In this document: positions 7,753-17,230 of the stretch, in pieces
Position numbering within the stretch: the first letter of the stretch is position 1
Layout: every line of letters starts with the position of its first letter
Origin: Idiomarina loihiensis L2TR
GTDB lineage: Bacteria > Pseudomonadota > Gammaproteobacteria > Enterobacterales > Alteromonadaceae
Length of the DNA stretch: 32,000 nucleotides
Direction of reading: 5' to 3'
Assembly: GCF_000008465.1 (NCBI RefSeq)
Contig: NC_006512.1
Span: forward strand, 1,770,001-1,802,000
Made by a program: the position numbers and the translations under genes
Notes under the pieces: generated by a model
What the model was told of the DNA's origin: nothing
What the model saw: the letters and a program-made list of their open reading frames with translations, nothing else
Database searches by the model: none

Positions 7753-8808
7753 GTGAGCGATAAAAAACCTTCTTTAAGTTATAAAGACGCGGGCGTCGAC
7801 ATTGACGCTGGTAATGCATTGGTTGAACGTATTAAAGGCGTTACCAAGCGCACGCACCGGCCTGAAGTCATGGGTAACATTGGTGGGTTTGGTGCTCTGT
7901 GTGAAATTCCGGCGGGTTATAAACAGCCGGTTTTGGTGTCCGGCACCGACGGTGTAGGTACCAAGCTGCGTTTAGCCATAGACCTTAAGCGCCACCGCGG
8001 TGTGGGTATCGACTTGGTTGCCATGTGCGTCAACGACCTTATTGTACAGGGTGCTGAGCCGCTGTTTTTTCTCGACTATTATGCAACCGGCAAACTGGAC
8101 GTAGACGTAGCAGCTGACGTGGTTGCCGGTATCGGCGACGGCTGTGAACAGTCGGGTTGTGCTCTTATTGGTGGGGAAACCGCAGAAATGCCAGGCATGT
8201 ACGAAGGCGGCGATTATGACTTAGCCGGTTTCTGTACCGGTGTGGTGGAAAAGTCTGAAATTATTGACGGCACCAAAGTTGCCGACGGCGATGCCTTAAT
8301 TGCTCTGGCTTCAAGCGGACCTCATTCAAATGGTTACTCGCTTATTCGCAAAATTATTGAAGTGAGCGGTGCCGATTTAGAGTCTCATCTGCAAGGCAAA
8401 ACACTGGCTGATCATTTATTAGAACCTACCCGCATTTACGTTAAACCGGTTCTGGAGCTGATTAAACACGTACCTGTACATGCATTGTCACACATTACCG
8501 GTGGCGGCTTCTGGGAAAACATTCCACGCGTTTTACCGAAAGGCAGCAAAGCCGTTATTGATGGCAACAGCTGGGACTGGCCAGTTATTTTTGACTGGTT
8601 AAAAGAGAACGGCAATATCAGCATGAAAGAAATGTACCGCACCTTTAACTGTGGTGTGGGTATGGTTATTGCGGTACCCAACGAGCAAGCAGATAAAGCC
8701 ATTCAAATTCTGACAGACGCCGGTGAAGACGCCTGGAAAATTGGCCGTATTGCCAACGCGGCTGAAGGCGAAGAGCAAGTCGACATTCTGGCCGACGAGA
8801 CTCACTAA
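7753..8808 (+). CDS. purM: Phosphoribosylformylglycinamidine cyclo-ligase (AIR synthetase)
   Basis: It is near-colinear with E. coli PurM ([22 protein letters not shown]...[12 protein letters not shown]...[11 protein letters not shown]...). The track ORF starts at 7711. The GTG at 7753 ([11 protein letters not shown]) matches the homolog N-terminus. Confidence 0.93.
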   Translation: MSDKKPSLSYKDAGVDIDAGNALVERIKGVTKRTHRPEVMGNIGGFGALCEIPAGYKQPVLVSGTDGVGTKLRLAIDLKRHRGVGIDLVAMCVNDLIVQGAEPLFFLDYYATGKLDVDVAADVVAGIGDGCEQSGCALIGGETAEMPGMYEGGDYDLAGFCTGVVEKSEIIDGTKVADGDALIALASSGPHSNGYSLIRKIIEVSGADLESHLQGKTLADHLLEPTRIYVKPVLELIKHVPVHALSHITGGGFWENIPRVLPKGSKAVIDGNSWDWPVIFDWLKENGNISMKEMYRTFNCGVGMVIAVPNEQADKAIQILTDAGEDAWKIGRIANAAEGEEQVDILADETH

Positions 8809-9446
8809 TGAAACGTATTGTTGTACTAATTTCAGGTACCGGTAGTAATATGCAGGCCATTCAACAGGCCTGCGAAGATGAAAAAGTAACAGGTGAAATC
8901 GTTGCGGTTATTTCCAATAAAGCCTCGGCTAAAGGCCTGGAAAAAGCTGCTGCTAAAGGCATTGATACCGAGGTATTGAGTCATAAAGAGTTTGACTCTC
9001 GCGAGGCTTATGACGCCGAACTGAAGTCGCTGATTGACAGTTATCAGCCCGATTTAGTGGTTCTTGCTGGCTTTATGCGCATTCTGACGGGTGAGTTTAC
9101 GCGCCACTACGAAGGCCGCATGTTCAACATTCACCCTTCTCTTCTTCCTAAATATAAAGGTGTGAATACGCACCAGCGGGCATTAGACGCGGGCGATACC
9201 GAACACGGCGTGAGTGTGCATTTTGTGACAGAAGAACTCGACGGTGGCCCAGTGGTATTGCAGGCTAAAGTACCTATTTTTGAGGGCGACACAGTGGAAG
9301 AAGTTCAGGCTCGCGTGCACGAGCAGGAACACCGTATTTATCCGCTGGTGGTTAACTGGTTTTGTCAGGAGCGTCTTAAGCTGCAAGGCGGTCGCGTTAC
9401 ACTAGACGGCGAAGTTCTGGGCGCTCAAGGCTACGCAACCGAATAA
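8808..9446 (+). CDS. purN: Phosphoribosylglycinamide formyltransferase
   Basis: Motifs include [38 protein letters not shown] and GVSVHFVTEELDGGP. It overlaps the purM stop as TAATG. Confidence 0.93.
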   Translation: MKRIVVLISGTGSNMQAIQQACEDEKVTGEIVAVISNKASAKGLEKAAAKGIDTEVLSHKEFDSREAYDAELKSLIDSYQPDLVVLAGFMRILTGEFTRHYEGRMFNIHPSLLPKYKGVNTHQRALDAGDTEHGVSVHFVTEELDGGPVVLQAKVPIFEGDTVEEVQARVHEQEHRIYPLVVNWFCQERLKLQGGRVTLDGEVLGAQGYATE

Positions 9447-9454
9447 TTGCGTAG

Positions 9455-9584
9455 CCTGACATTTATGTCAGGTCCAATGTCCAATATATTACCCAATACG
9501 TTAGATTTTAAGTTGGGTTCGATATATTACCTGATGCATTAGGTAATGCTTCTCGGTTTGATATCTCACCTGACATGAATGTCA
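9455..9584. repeat. Cluster of related short hairpins and direct motifs (REP-like) in the purN 3' spacer
   Basis: Hairpins: CCTGACAT-tt-ATGTCAGG (9455-9472), TTACCT-gatgcatt-AGGTAA (9527-9546) and CCTGACAT-ga-ATGTCA (9569-9584). The motif GATAT(A/C)T(T/C)ACC occurs at 9521-9531 and 9560-9570, with a degenerate copy near 9482-9494. Confidence 0.4.
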
Positions 9585-9600
9585 TATATGGTCCCCTCCC

Positions 9601-9846
9601 GTTTTGCAACGGCAACTCGTGGTAAATGTCGGGGCGCTCGCATATATACGGCCTGTTTATGGTGCGCGCTTTGCGCACCTGGCCTGGATGAACTCCGCAC
9701 GACAACTGGCTTATCAGGCTAACGTACTTTATGTACGGACGTTCAACAGTCTCAGTTGTCGTCGGTTTACCCTATTTTACCATCCTGTTGACGTTTGCAA
9801 CTCCCGGAAGGAATGAACCTTCGCTGTGCTCTTTTACTGAATGCTG
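9601..9846 (-). ncRNA. Candidate bridge/seek guide RNA region in the 3' non-coding end of the IS (strand assumed to be that of the transposase)
   Basis: Structure: GGTGCGC-gcttt-GCGCACC (9661-9679), and a 10-bp pairing of 9699-9708 with 9753-9762 that encloses CGTAC-tttat-GTACG (9723-9737). Flank matches: ATCAGGCTA (9713-9721) equals the right flank 10963-10971. CATATAT (9641-9647) equals the left junction 9583-9589. ACCATC (9779-9784) equals the right terminus 10955-10960. Confidence 0.4.
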
Positions 9847-10878
9847 TTAAGCAGCAGTCATCCGGTAATCTTCTTTATTCTTTAACATCGCCCAGATTAT
9901 CCGGGCGTGCTTGTTAGCCAGTGCCACCGCTGCAACGTTGTTGCCTCTGCGTTTAGCGACATCCTGTGCCCAGAGGCTCAGCCTGTCGTGGCGCTGTTGT
10001 GCCACCCGCAGTGCCGAGCGGGCGCCATGCACCAGCAGTGTCCTGAGTTTGGTGTTCCCTTTTTTGGTAATACCGCCTAAACGGTCTTTACCGCCACTGC
10101 TGTTTTGCCGTGGTACCAGTCCCAGGTATTCCGACAGGTTGCGGCCGCGTTTAAATTCACTCACATCACCTATCAGTGCCAGCAGCGAGGTCGCTGTTAT
10201 CGGTCCGATACCCGGCAGGGTCATCAGCCGCTGACTGTCTTCATTCCTTTCGGCCTGTGTCGCTAAGTGCTTATCCAGCGCTTTAACTTCTTCATCCACC
10301 GCTCGCAGCATCTGATAGAGCCGGTTGATGAGGTCCCGTGACTGAAGCGTCAGCGCATTGCTGTCGTCTTCCAGTACCTCCGGTACTCTCTGTAATATCG
10401 TACCGACTCGCTTCGGTAAAAGAATGCCGTATTCGGCCAGTTGCCCCCGCAACCTATTCGAGAACTGCGTTCTCGTCTGCACGAAGCCTTCCCGCTGATT
10501 GACCATCAATGCTAAGTCCTGCTGCTCAATGCTTTTCAGCCTGACCGTCTGACGGTTGGGTCGTGATGCCGCCTCGGCTATCGCCCGGGCGTCATTCGCA
10601 TCGTTCTTCTCACCCTGCAGGTACGCTTTGACGAAACGCGGTGGCAACGCCACCGTTTTATAACCCAGCTTTTCACATTCGCGGCGCCAGTAATGACTCA
10701 TGCCGCAGGACTCAACCGCTACTTCACAGTCATCCGTACGGCTCAGCGTCGCCAGCTTCGCTAACACTTTATTGCTGCGCAGTTTTTTATTAAAAACTTC
10801 CTGCTCATTTTCATCCAGCGCCAAAACCTGAATAAAATCCTTTGCCAAATCCAGGGCAATTCTGTTTACAATAGCCAT
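9847..10878 (-). CDS. IS110-family transposase (DEDD/RuvC-like N-terminal domain + Transposase_20 C-terminal domain)
   Basis: The product starts MAIVNRIALDLAKDFIQVLALDE... and contains LMTLPGIGPITATSLLALIGDVSEFKRGRNLSEYLGLVPRQNSSGGKDRLGGITKKGN. I prefer the ATG at 10878 because of its GGAGAGG SD. The track extension to 10959 runs into the terminal repeat. Confidence 0.9.
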   Translation of the reverse strand: MAIVNRIALDLAKDFIQVLALDENEQEVFNKKLRSNKVLAKLATLSRTDDCEVAVESCGMSHYWRRECEKLGYKTVALPPRFVKAYLQGEKNDANDARAIAEAASRPNRQTVRLKSIEQQDLALMVNQREGFVQTRTQFSNRLRGQLAEYGILLPKRVGTILQRVPEVLEDDSNALTLQSRDLINRLYQMLRAVDEEVKALDKHLATQAERNEDSQRLMTLPGIGPITATSLLALIGDVSEFKRGRNLSEYLGLVPRQNSSGGKDRLGGITKKGNTKLRTLLVHGARSALRVAQQRHDRLSLWAQDVAKRRGNNVAAVALANKHARIIWAMLKNKEDYRMTAA

Positions 10879-10999
10879 TGGTCCTCTCCACTCTGTTCTA
10901 TAGAAGCTTGAACCTCTATATTGGCACATTGCGATGCCGCTTAGGAGGGAGGGGACCATCTCATCAGGCTACATAAATACCGATTACATAAAAACCAGA

Positions 11000-11749
11000 T
11001 CACATAGACAAGCTTTTCAGCGACATGGTGGCCTGCTCGTCACCTTCTTTAAACTGTTTCATTTTCACCATCACGTAATTTAGCTCCGGCGCAAACCACA
11101 AAAAGGTCTGGCGCCGGTTATTATCCCTTATACGCCCGACTTTTATTGCTTCAACCTCACCGTAAGGCAACGACAACTCTTCTGTTGTCAGCACCTCAAA
11201 ACGGTATTCGTCTTCTTGACCTTTTTCATCAACCAACCGGTACTTAAAAGTTTCAGCTCCGCTGGCCAAATCTACACGTAATTGTTCGGTCACATTGGCT
11301 TCATCAAATAACGCGTCTTCCCAGTTCACACCCAGCATGCGTCCGGTGTCCACATTACGAACCTTTTTCTCATTCGGTTTGAATTCACCATGAAAGGACT
11401 TATCCGATCCGGTGCCGGTTCTCATGTAAATAAATTCGCGAGGCTCCAACCGGCTATTCTCTTCATCCACAATAAATACTGAACGAGCTTCACGGGTGTC
11501 CGACAAAATAAACCAGGAAATATCCGACTTTGTTCGCAGTTGCCATTCGTCCTCCGGCGACACCTCAAGATAACGGTAACCTTCCCCATACTCGCTGTCA
11601 CCACGCGTGATCACGTAGTCAGCCTGATACGGCTTCATTGATTGTTCGATGGGTTGCCCGGCTTTCTGCTGACTATCTGCAACAGCGGTATTCATTGCCA
11701 AGCCACTTAATAATACGCTGGATACCAGCCAACTGACGGTCCTTTTCAC
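11000..11749 (-). CDS. DUF3108 domain-containing exported protein
   Basis: My recollection of the DUF3108 family (an outer-membrane-associated beta-rich protein often found next to purN) fits. I prefer the GTG at 11749 (VKRTVSWLVSSVLLSGLAMNTAVA|DS signal peptide) with AGGGGAG 8 nt upstream. The track start at 11857 would overlap the fadE promoter. Confidence 0.7.
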   Translation of the reverse strand: MKRTVSWLVSSVLLSGLAMNTAVADSQQKAGQPIEQSMKPYQADYVITRGDSEYGEGYRYLEVSPEDEWQLRTKSDISWFILSDTREARSVFIVDEENSRLEPREFIYMRTGTGSDKSFHGEFKPNEKKVRNVDTGRMLGVNWEDALFDEANVTEQLRVDLASGAETFKYRLVDEKGQEDEYRFEVLTTEELSLPYGEVEAIKVGRIRDNNRRQTFLWFAPELNYVMVKMKQFKEGDEQATMSLKSLSM

Positions 11750-11824
11750 TTTCACTTCTCCCCTTCTGTTCACTACTGGACGTTTATATTGACAACAAAA
11801 TTCAAACGCCCGTTCAATTTTTCC

Positions 11825-11853
11825 TTGAAAATATACTCCGGTTGATCTAACTT
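11825..11853 (+). promoter_or_regulatory. Candidate sigma-70 promoter of fadE (TTGAAA-17 bp-TAACTT)
   Basis: The -35 TTGAAA is at 11825-11830 and the -10 TAACTT at 11848-11853, with a 17-bp spacer. It lies about 45 nt upstream of the fadE ATG. Confidence 0.35.
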
Positions 11854-11861
11854 GCACAGTA

Positions 11862-11878
11862 TCACTGGTCAGACCTCC
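11862..11878 (+). promoter_or_regulatory. Candidate FadR operator
   Basis: TCACTGGTCAGACCTCC contains CTGGTC-A-GACC, the core of the gammaproteobacterial FadR box (CTGGTCnGACC). It sits just downstream of the predicted -10 and 19 nt before the fadE ATG. Confidence 0.55.
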
Positions 11879-11896
11879 AAATCGGAGTATTACATT

Positions 11897-14350
11897 ATGA
11901 GTATTGCACTTTGGATTGTCGCTACTGTTATAGTCGCGGCTGCATTAATCTACAAACGAGCCAGCCTGGCTATGTTCAGCGCCGGTCTGGTTATTATGTT
12001 CGCTATTGGTAGCGCAATCGACATTGTTGGCCCGGTGCTTTGGGCTATTCTGGCAATTGTTCTGGTTCCGCTTAACATAGCGCCAATTCGTTTAAACCTG
12101 CTGACTAAGCCTATTCTTAGCGCATATCGCAAAGTAATGCCAGAAATGTCTGATACCGAGCGTGATGCACTGGAAGCCGGTACGGTCTGGTGGGACGGCG
12201 ATTTATTCAGTGGTGACCCTGACTGGTCAAAACTTCATAAGGTACCTAAAGCCGAGTTAACGGCTGAAGAAAAAGCCTTTCTGGACGGGCCTTGTGAAGA
12301 AGTCTGCAAAATGCTGGACGACTGGGAAGTGACCCACGAATTAACGGACATGCCTGAGCACGTCTGGCAGTATCTTAAAGACGAGAAATTCTTCGCCATG
12401 ATCATCAAGAAAGAGTACGGTGGTCTTGAATTCTCTGCCTACGCGCAGTCTCGTGTTTTACAGAAGCTTGCCGGTGTTAGCACGGTGCTGGCCTCAACCG
12501 TCGGCGTACCTAACTCATTAGGCCCGGGCGAATTGTTGCAGCATTATGGCACCAAAGAACAGCAAGACCATTACCTGCCACGCCTAGCCAGCGGTGACGA
12601 AATTCCATGTTTCGCACTAACCAGCCCGGAAGCCGGTTCTGACGCAGGCGCTATTCCTGACTCAGGTGTGGTGTGTAAAGGTGAGTGGAACGGCGAGGAA
12701 ATTGTCGGTATTAAACTGAATTTCAATAAGCGCTATATTACCTTAGCACCAGTAGCTACTGTTTTAGGTCTGGCATTTAAAATGTACGACCCTGACAACC
12801 TTATTGGTGAAGAAGAAGAGCTGGGTATTACCTGTGCGCTTATTCCTCGTGACACCAAAGGCGTTGAAATTGGTCGCCGTCACTTCCCGCTGAACGTTCC
12901 GTTCCAGAACGGCCCTATTCGCGGTAACGACGTATTCGTTCCATTAGATTACATTATTGGTGGACAGAAAATGGCCGGTAAGGGCTGGCGTATGCTGGTT
13001 GAATGTCTGTCAGTCGGCCGTTCAATTACCTTGCCTTCAAACAGTGCCGGTGGCATTAAACAAATGGCTCTGGCAACTGGTGCTTACTCACGCATCCGTC
13101 GTCAGTTCAAACTACCTATTGGTAAAATGGAAGGTGTTGAAGAGCCAATGGCTCGCATCGGTGGTAACGCGTACCTGATGGATGCGGTGACTATGTTATC
13201 CACCAAAGGTATTGATTTAGGCGAGAAGCCTGGCGTTATCGGTGCTATTGCCAAATACCACATGACTGAGAAGCTACGTGCTTGCATGGACGACGCTATG
13301 GACGTTCACGGTGGTAAAGGTATCTGTTTAGGCCCGAATAACTATCTTGGTCGTGGTTACCAGGGTGTTCCGGTCGCCATTACAGTAGAAGGCGCCAACA
13401 TTCTTACCCGTAGTATGATGATATACGGTCAGGGCGCTATTCGTTGCCATCCATTTGTTTTGAAAGAAATGGAAGCCTCGGCTGAAAAAGGCCCGGATGC
13501 CTTGAAGAAATTTGATAAAGCCGTGTTTGGTCATATTGGCTTTGCTATCAGTAACTTTGTTCGTTCACTGTTCTATGGTTTTGGTGGTCACCGTCTGAGC
13601 TCTGTTCCGGCTAGCGACGAAACCCGTAAGTACTACCAGCAGATGAACCGCTTTAGTGCCAACATGGCGTTATTGTCAGACATTGCCATGGGTAAACTGG
13701 GTGGTAGTCTTAAACGTAAAGAGCGCGTTTCTGCGCGCTTAGGTGACATGCTCAGCTACCTGTACATCGGTTCTTGTGTATTAAAACGTTATCATGACCA
13801 GGGTCGCATTAAAGCAGACTTACCGTTAGTTCACTGGGCTATGCAGGACACTCTGCATAAGTTACAGGAAGCACAGCTGGAAATGCTGGCGAACTTTGGT
13901 GGTGTTGGTAGCTTCATGCGCGCCGTTATGTATCCGTTAGGCCGTATTGCTAAACGTCCTACAGATAAGAACGATCATGAAATTGCCCGTATGCTTATGT
14001 CACCAAACGACGTTCGTACGCGTTTAGGCGAAGGCCAGTTCCTGAGCCCTGAAGGTCACTTCGGTTTCCTTGAAGAAACCCTGAAAAACGTGATTGCCTC
14101 AGAGCCACTGTACGACAAAGTTTGTAAAGCAGCCGGTAAACGCTTCAGCTTTACTCAATTAGACCAGCTGGCCGCTAAAGGTAAAGAGCTGGGCGTATTG
14201 AGTGACGACGAAGTTGCTCTGCTTGAGCGCACGGAAGTTGGTCGCCTGCGTACCATTAACGTAGATGACTTTGCTCCGGAAGATTTATTAGCCGGTCAGG
14301 CAGCATTCGATTATGCCCTGAAAAACCTTAAGAAAGACGAAGCTGCATAA
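11897..14350 (+). CDS. fadE: Acyl-CoA dehydrogenase FadE (long membrane-anchored type)
   Basis: It is colinear with E. coli FadE along its whole length ([77 protein letters not shown]-type C-terminus). The ATG at 11897 has GGAG 9 nt upstream. Confidence 0.93.
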   Translation: MSIALWIVATVIVAAALIYKRASLAMFSAGLVIMFAIGSAIDIVGPVLWAILAIVLVPLNIAPIRLNLLTKPILSAYRKVMPEMSDTERDALEAGTVWWDGDLFSGDPDWSKLHKVPKAELTAEEKAFLDGPCEEVCKMLDDWEVTHELTDMPEHVWQYLKDEKFFAMIIKKEYGGLEFSAYAQSRVLQKLAGVSTVLASTVGVPNSLGPGELLQHYGTKEQQDHYLPRLASGDEIPCFALTSPEAGSDAGAIPDSGVVCKGEWNGEEIVGIKLNFNKRYITLAPVATVLGLAFKMYDPDNLIGEEEELGITCALIPRDTKGVEIGRRHFPLNVPFQNGPIRGNDVFVPLDYIIGGQKMAGKGWRMLVECLSVGRSITLPSNSAGGIKQMALATGAYSRIRRQFKLPIGKMEGVEEPMARIGGNAYLMDAVTMLSTKGIDLGEKPGVIGAIAKYHMTEKLRACMDDAMDVHGGKGICLGPNNYLGRGYQGVPVAITVEGANILTRSMMIYGQGAIRCHPFVLKEMEASAEKGPDALKKFDKAVFGHIGFAISNFVRSLFYGFGGHRLSSVPASDETRKYYQQMNRFSANMALLSDIAMGKLGGSLKRKERVSARLGDMLSYLYIGSCVLKRYHDQGRIKADLPLVHWAMQDTLHKLQEAQLEMLANFGGVGSFMRAVMYPLGRIAKRPTDKNDHEIARMLMSPNDVRTRLGEGQFLSPEGHFGFLEETLKNVIASEPLYDKVCKAAGKRFSFTQLDQLAAKGKELGVLSDDEVALLERTEVGRLRTINVDDFAPEDLLAGQAAFDYALKNLKKDEAA

Positions 14351-14370
14351 CAGCTGAAGGTTAACCTGCA

Positions 14371-14406
14371 AACGGCGCCCCTGATTTCAGCGGCGCCGTT
14401 TTTTTA
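14371..14406 (+). terminator. Rho-independent terminator of fadE
   Basis: AACGGCGCC (14371-14379) pairs with GGCGCCGTT (14392-14400) and is followed by TTTTT. Confidence 0.85.
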
Positions 14407-14453
14407 TGCTAGAATCCTGCGCTGGTCTAAAACTTATAATAAAGGCGCGAGTT

Positions 14454-16022
14454 ATGCAGTCTCCCAATAATGACTATAACGCGACCAGCAAACGAGGCTG
14501 GTTTACCCGTTTTCTCGACGGCGTTGAGTGGCTTGGTAACTTGTTACCCCACCCCATTACCCTATTCGCCGTTTTCTGCTTATTCATTATTTTCATTAGT
14601 GGCATCGCTGCTTATTTTGGTGTCAGCGCAGTAGACCCCAGAGATGGTGAAACCGTTATCAAAGCGGTCAGCTTACTGAATGCTGAGGGAATACAGCGCA
14701 TTGTCACTAACCTGGTCACCAACTTTACCGGCTTCACGCCTCTAGGTACGGTTTTGGTTGCTCTTTTAGGGGTTGGTGTTGCTGAGCGCTCGGGCTTAAT
14801 TTCTGCGGCTATGCGGGGGCTGGTCATGAAAGCTCCGCCGCGCCTGGTAACTGTAACCATTGTCTTTGCCGGTGTCATTTCTAACACCGCAGCCGAGCTG
14901 GGCTATGTTGTACTGGTACCACTTGCTGCCATGATTTTCTACGGCCTGGGGCGTCACCCGTTAGCCGGTTTGTCGGCCGCTTTTGCCGGGGTTTCCGCAG
15001 GCTACAGTGCCAACCTGCTCATTGGTACAGTAGACCCTTTACTGTCGGGTATTACCGAAGAAGCCGCTAAAATTATTGACCCAGCCTATACCGTTGGCGC
15101 AGAAGCCAATTGGTATTTTATGATGGTCAGTACCTTCTTAATTGCCATTATGGGCGCGTTGATAACCGACAAAATTGTCGAACCTAAACTCGGTAAATAC
15201 AACAAAGACGAAGCCTCTATTGATTTGTCCGATCAATCCTCAATGGACCCTCTGAACAAACAGGAAAAACGAGGATTAATTTACGCCGGGTTAAGCGTTC
15301 TGGTTCTTGCCGGTATTCTGGCATTAACCGTTGTACCTGAGTGGGGTATTTTACGTCACCCGGAAACCGGTGATGTTAAAGGTTCGCCGTTCCTGAAAGG
15401 CGTGGTTGTTTACATCTTCTTCTTTTTCGCCATTCCCGGCTTCGTCTATGGTCGCACGGTTGAGACCATGCGAAACGATCGCGATGTTATCGATGCGATG
15501 TCGCACAGCATGAGCACTATGGGCATGTATATTGTGCTGGTATTTTTTGCGGCTCAATTCGTTAACTTCTTTAAATGGACGAATTTCGGGACTATTTTTG
15601 CCATTAATGGCGCGGAGTTTCTGACCAATATTGGCATGACCGGTCCTATCATTTTCCTGTTCTTCATTATGGTCTGCGGCTTTGTGAACCTGATGCTGGG
15701 CTCGGCTTCTGCGCAGTGGGCTATTACCGCTCCTATTTTTGTGCCGATGCTGATGCTGGTCGGTTACTCACCAGAAGTTATTCAGGCGGCATACCGCATT
15801 GGTGATTCAGTCACTAACGTTATTACACCTATGATGAGTTACTTTGGCTTAATATTGGCGGTTGCGGCTCGGTACAAGAAGGATTTAGGTATTGGCACTC
15901 TGGTTGCCATGATGCTGCCTTATTCTATGTTCTTCTTTGTTGGTTGGTCGGTGCTCTTCTTCCTTTGGGTCTTTGTCTTTGGATTCCCTGTAGGACCAGC
16001 CGCACCGACTTATTATAACTAA
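14454..16022 (+). CDS. AbgT family transporter (p-aminobenzoyl-glutamate / antimetabolite transporter family)
   Basis: It is a polytopic protein with AbgT-family motifs (WFTRFLDGVEWLGNLLPHP, LGVGVAERSGL, GRHPLAGL, AYRIGDS.TN.ITP). I prefer the ATG at 14454 (MQSPNNDY...) over the track start at 14406, which overlaps the fadE terminator. Confidence 0.85.
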   Translation: MQSPNNDYNATSKRGWFTRFLDGVEWLGNLLPHPITLFAVFCLFIIFISGIAAYFGVSAVDPRDGETVIKAVSLLNAEGIQRIVTNLVTNFTGFTPLGTVLVALLGVGVAERSGLISAAMRGLVMKAPPRLVTVTIVFAGVISNTAAELGYVVLVPLAAMIFYGLGRHPLAGLSAAFAGVSAGYSANLLIGTVDPLLSGITEEAAKIIDPAYTVGAEANWYFMMVSTFLIAIMGALITDKIVEPKLGKYNKDEASIDLSDQSSMDPLNKQEKRGLIYAGLSVLVLAGILALTVVPEWGILRHPETGDVKGSPFLKGVVVYIFFFFAIPGFVYGRTVETMRNDRDVIDAMSHSMSTMGMYIVLVFFAAQFVNFFKWTNFGTIFAINGAEFLTNIGMTGPIIFLFFIMVCGFVNLMLGSASAQWAITAPIFVPMLMLVGYSPEVIQAAYRIGDSVTNVITPMMSYFGLILAVAARYKKDLGIGTLVAMMLPYSMFFFVGWSVLFFLWVFVFGFPVGPAAPTYYN

Positions 16023-16027
16023 AAAGC

Positions 16028-17230
16028 TTATTCTGGCCGGCGCATTACGCGGTATGCAATTACCGCGAGTAAGCCGGCCACACCTATGACCCAGGCCATG
16101 GCGTAATCAGTGAATGAGCCAGCCTGACTCACTCCGGCAGAAACTAAACCAGCAATTAAAAACTGTAAGCTACCGGTTACTGCAGATGCCGAACCTGCGC
16201 GTTCTTTCTGTTCAGCCAAAGCCCCGGCCATAGCGTTCGGGAAAACCATGCCTAAAGTCGAAATATAGGCAAATAACGGCAGCAATATTCCCCAGAAGCC
16301 GGCATTAAAATACGCCATAACGCACATTACAATGGATACTACGGCCAATATCGGTAAAGAAACATTAAGGATCTTGCGTGAGGAGTGGTATTTCAGTAAC
16401 CAGCCATTCAGCTGCGAAAAGCCAATAATACCAATAGCGTTTAATCCAAACAGCCAACTGTAGTGCATGGGCTCAAGACCAAAAACCTCAATAAACATTT
16501 TTGGCGAACCTGTGATGTAGGCAAACAACCCCGACTGAGCAATAGCACCCGTTAACGAGTAACGCAGGAATGAGGGATCTCGTAAAACCGCCCAGTAAGT
16601 GCTGCCGGTATTGCGCATACGCACGTCGTAACGGCGCCCGCGGGTTTCCGGCAAAACAAAGTGAATAGTCACAGCGGAGGCCACACCTAAACCGGCAACA
16701 ATTAAGAACAGAGCACGCCATCCCATCCATTCGGTGACATAGGCACCAAACAGAGGCGCCAGAATAGGTGCAACCCCCATTACCAGTATCAGGAACGAAA
16801 ACACGCGAGCTGAAGCCTGCGGGGTATACAAATCACGCACCACAGCGCGGGCAATAACAATACCGGCACAAGCCCCTATAGCCTGCAGGAAACGTAAAGC
16901 AATAAGCCACTGAATATCCGGCGCAAAGGCACAGCCAATGGATGTCACTACGTATATAGCCAAACCGATATACAGCGGGTTCTTACGCCCAAATTTATCG
17001 GTCGCTGTACCATAGAGCAGCTGCCCAATAAAAAGACCGAAGAAAAATGCCGTCAGCGACAGTTCAACGTGGTGTGTATCGGTCGCATAGTCCGACGCAA
17101 TAGCGCTGAAAGCCGGCAGGTACATATCAATGGAAAGTGGCGCAAAGGCCGTCAATAACGCCAGAATAACAACAATAAAATCGAATCTGGCGTTATCGGA
17201 AACCGGGGCTGGCTCGAATGCTCGAGCCAT
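16028..17230 (-). CDS. Bcr/CflA family multidrug efflux MFS transporter
   Basis: The 400-aa, 12-TM protein has a Bcr/CflA-type N-terminus (LSIDMYLPAF) and MFS motif A (GTATDKFGRKNPL). Its start overlaps the stop of the upstream gene (TAATG). Confidence 0.85.
   Translation of the reverse strand: MARAFEPAPVSDNARFDFIVVILALLTAFAPLSIDMYLPAFSAIASDYATDTHHVELSLTAFFFGLFIGQLLYGTATDKFGRKNPLYIGLAIYVVTSIGCAFAPDIQWLIALRFLQAIGACAGIVIARAVVRDLYTPQASARVFSFLILVMGVAPILAPLFGAYVTEWMGWRALFLIVAGLGVASAVTIHFVLPETRGRRYDVRMRNTGSTYWAVLRDPSFLRYSLTGAIAQSGLFAYITGSPKMFIEVFGLEPMHYSWLFGLNAIGIIGFSQLNGWLLKYHSSRKILNVSLPILAVVSIVMCVMAYFNAGFWGILLPLFAYISTLGMVFPNAMAGALAEQKERAGSASAVTGSLQFLIAGLVSAGVSQAGSFTDYAMAWVIGVAGLLAVIAYRVMRRPE

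Larger units (their letters stand above)
9588..10959 (-). mobile_element. IS110-family insertion sequence (IS1111-type layout), about 1.37 kb
   Basis: A 13-bp inverted repeat bounds it: ATGGTCCCCTCCC (9588-9600) and GGGAGGGGACCAT (10947-10959). It encodes a single IS110-type transposase. About 80 bp are non-coding upstream of the gene and about 260 bp downstream. By eye it is more GC-rich than its neighbours (not computed). The true ends may lie a few bp outside the repeats. Confidence 0.8.

Noticed and set aside
9511-9531. tRNA-like T-loop sequence GGGTTCGATAT, a possible tRNA or att remnant
   Set aside because: The flanking bases cannot form a T-stem or acceptor stem, and no cloverleaf can be drawn. 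A related motif (GGTTTGATATC) recurs 39 bp later, so this is part of a local repeat.
9476-9587. Possible mini CRISPR array
   Set aside because: There are only three degenerate units of about 36-39 bp, with no conserved full-length repeat, no unique spacers of regular size and no cas genes.
10879-10959. 27-codon N-terminal extension of the IS110 transposase ORF
   Set aside because: Its ATG lies inside the terminal inverted repeat. The internal ATG at 10878 has a GGAGAGG SD and gives the canonical M..I.(I/L)DLAK N-terminus.
9447-11000. IS-associated passenger or defence genes
   Set aside because: The element contains only the transposase and non-coding ends, and no additional ORF of 60 aa or more has coding character.
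14435-14440. Perfect TATAAT hexamer upstream of the first AbgT gene
   Set aside because: It lies only 13 nt before the ATG, so a transcript starting after it would lack the SD. There is no acceptable -35 at 16-18 bp.
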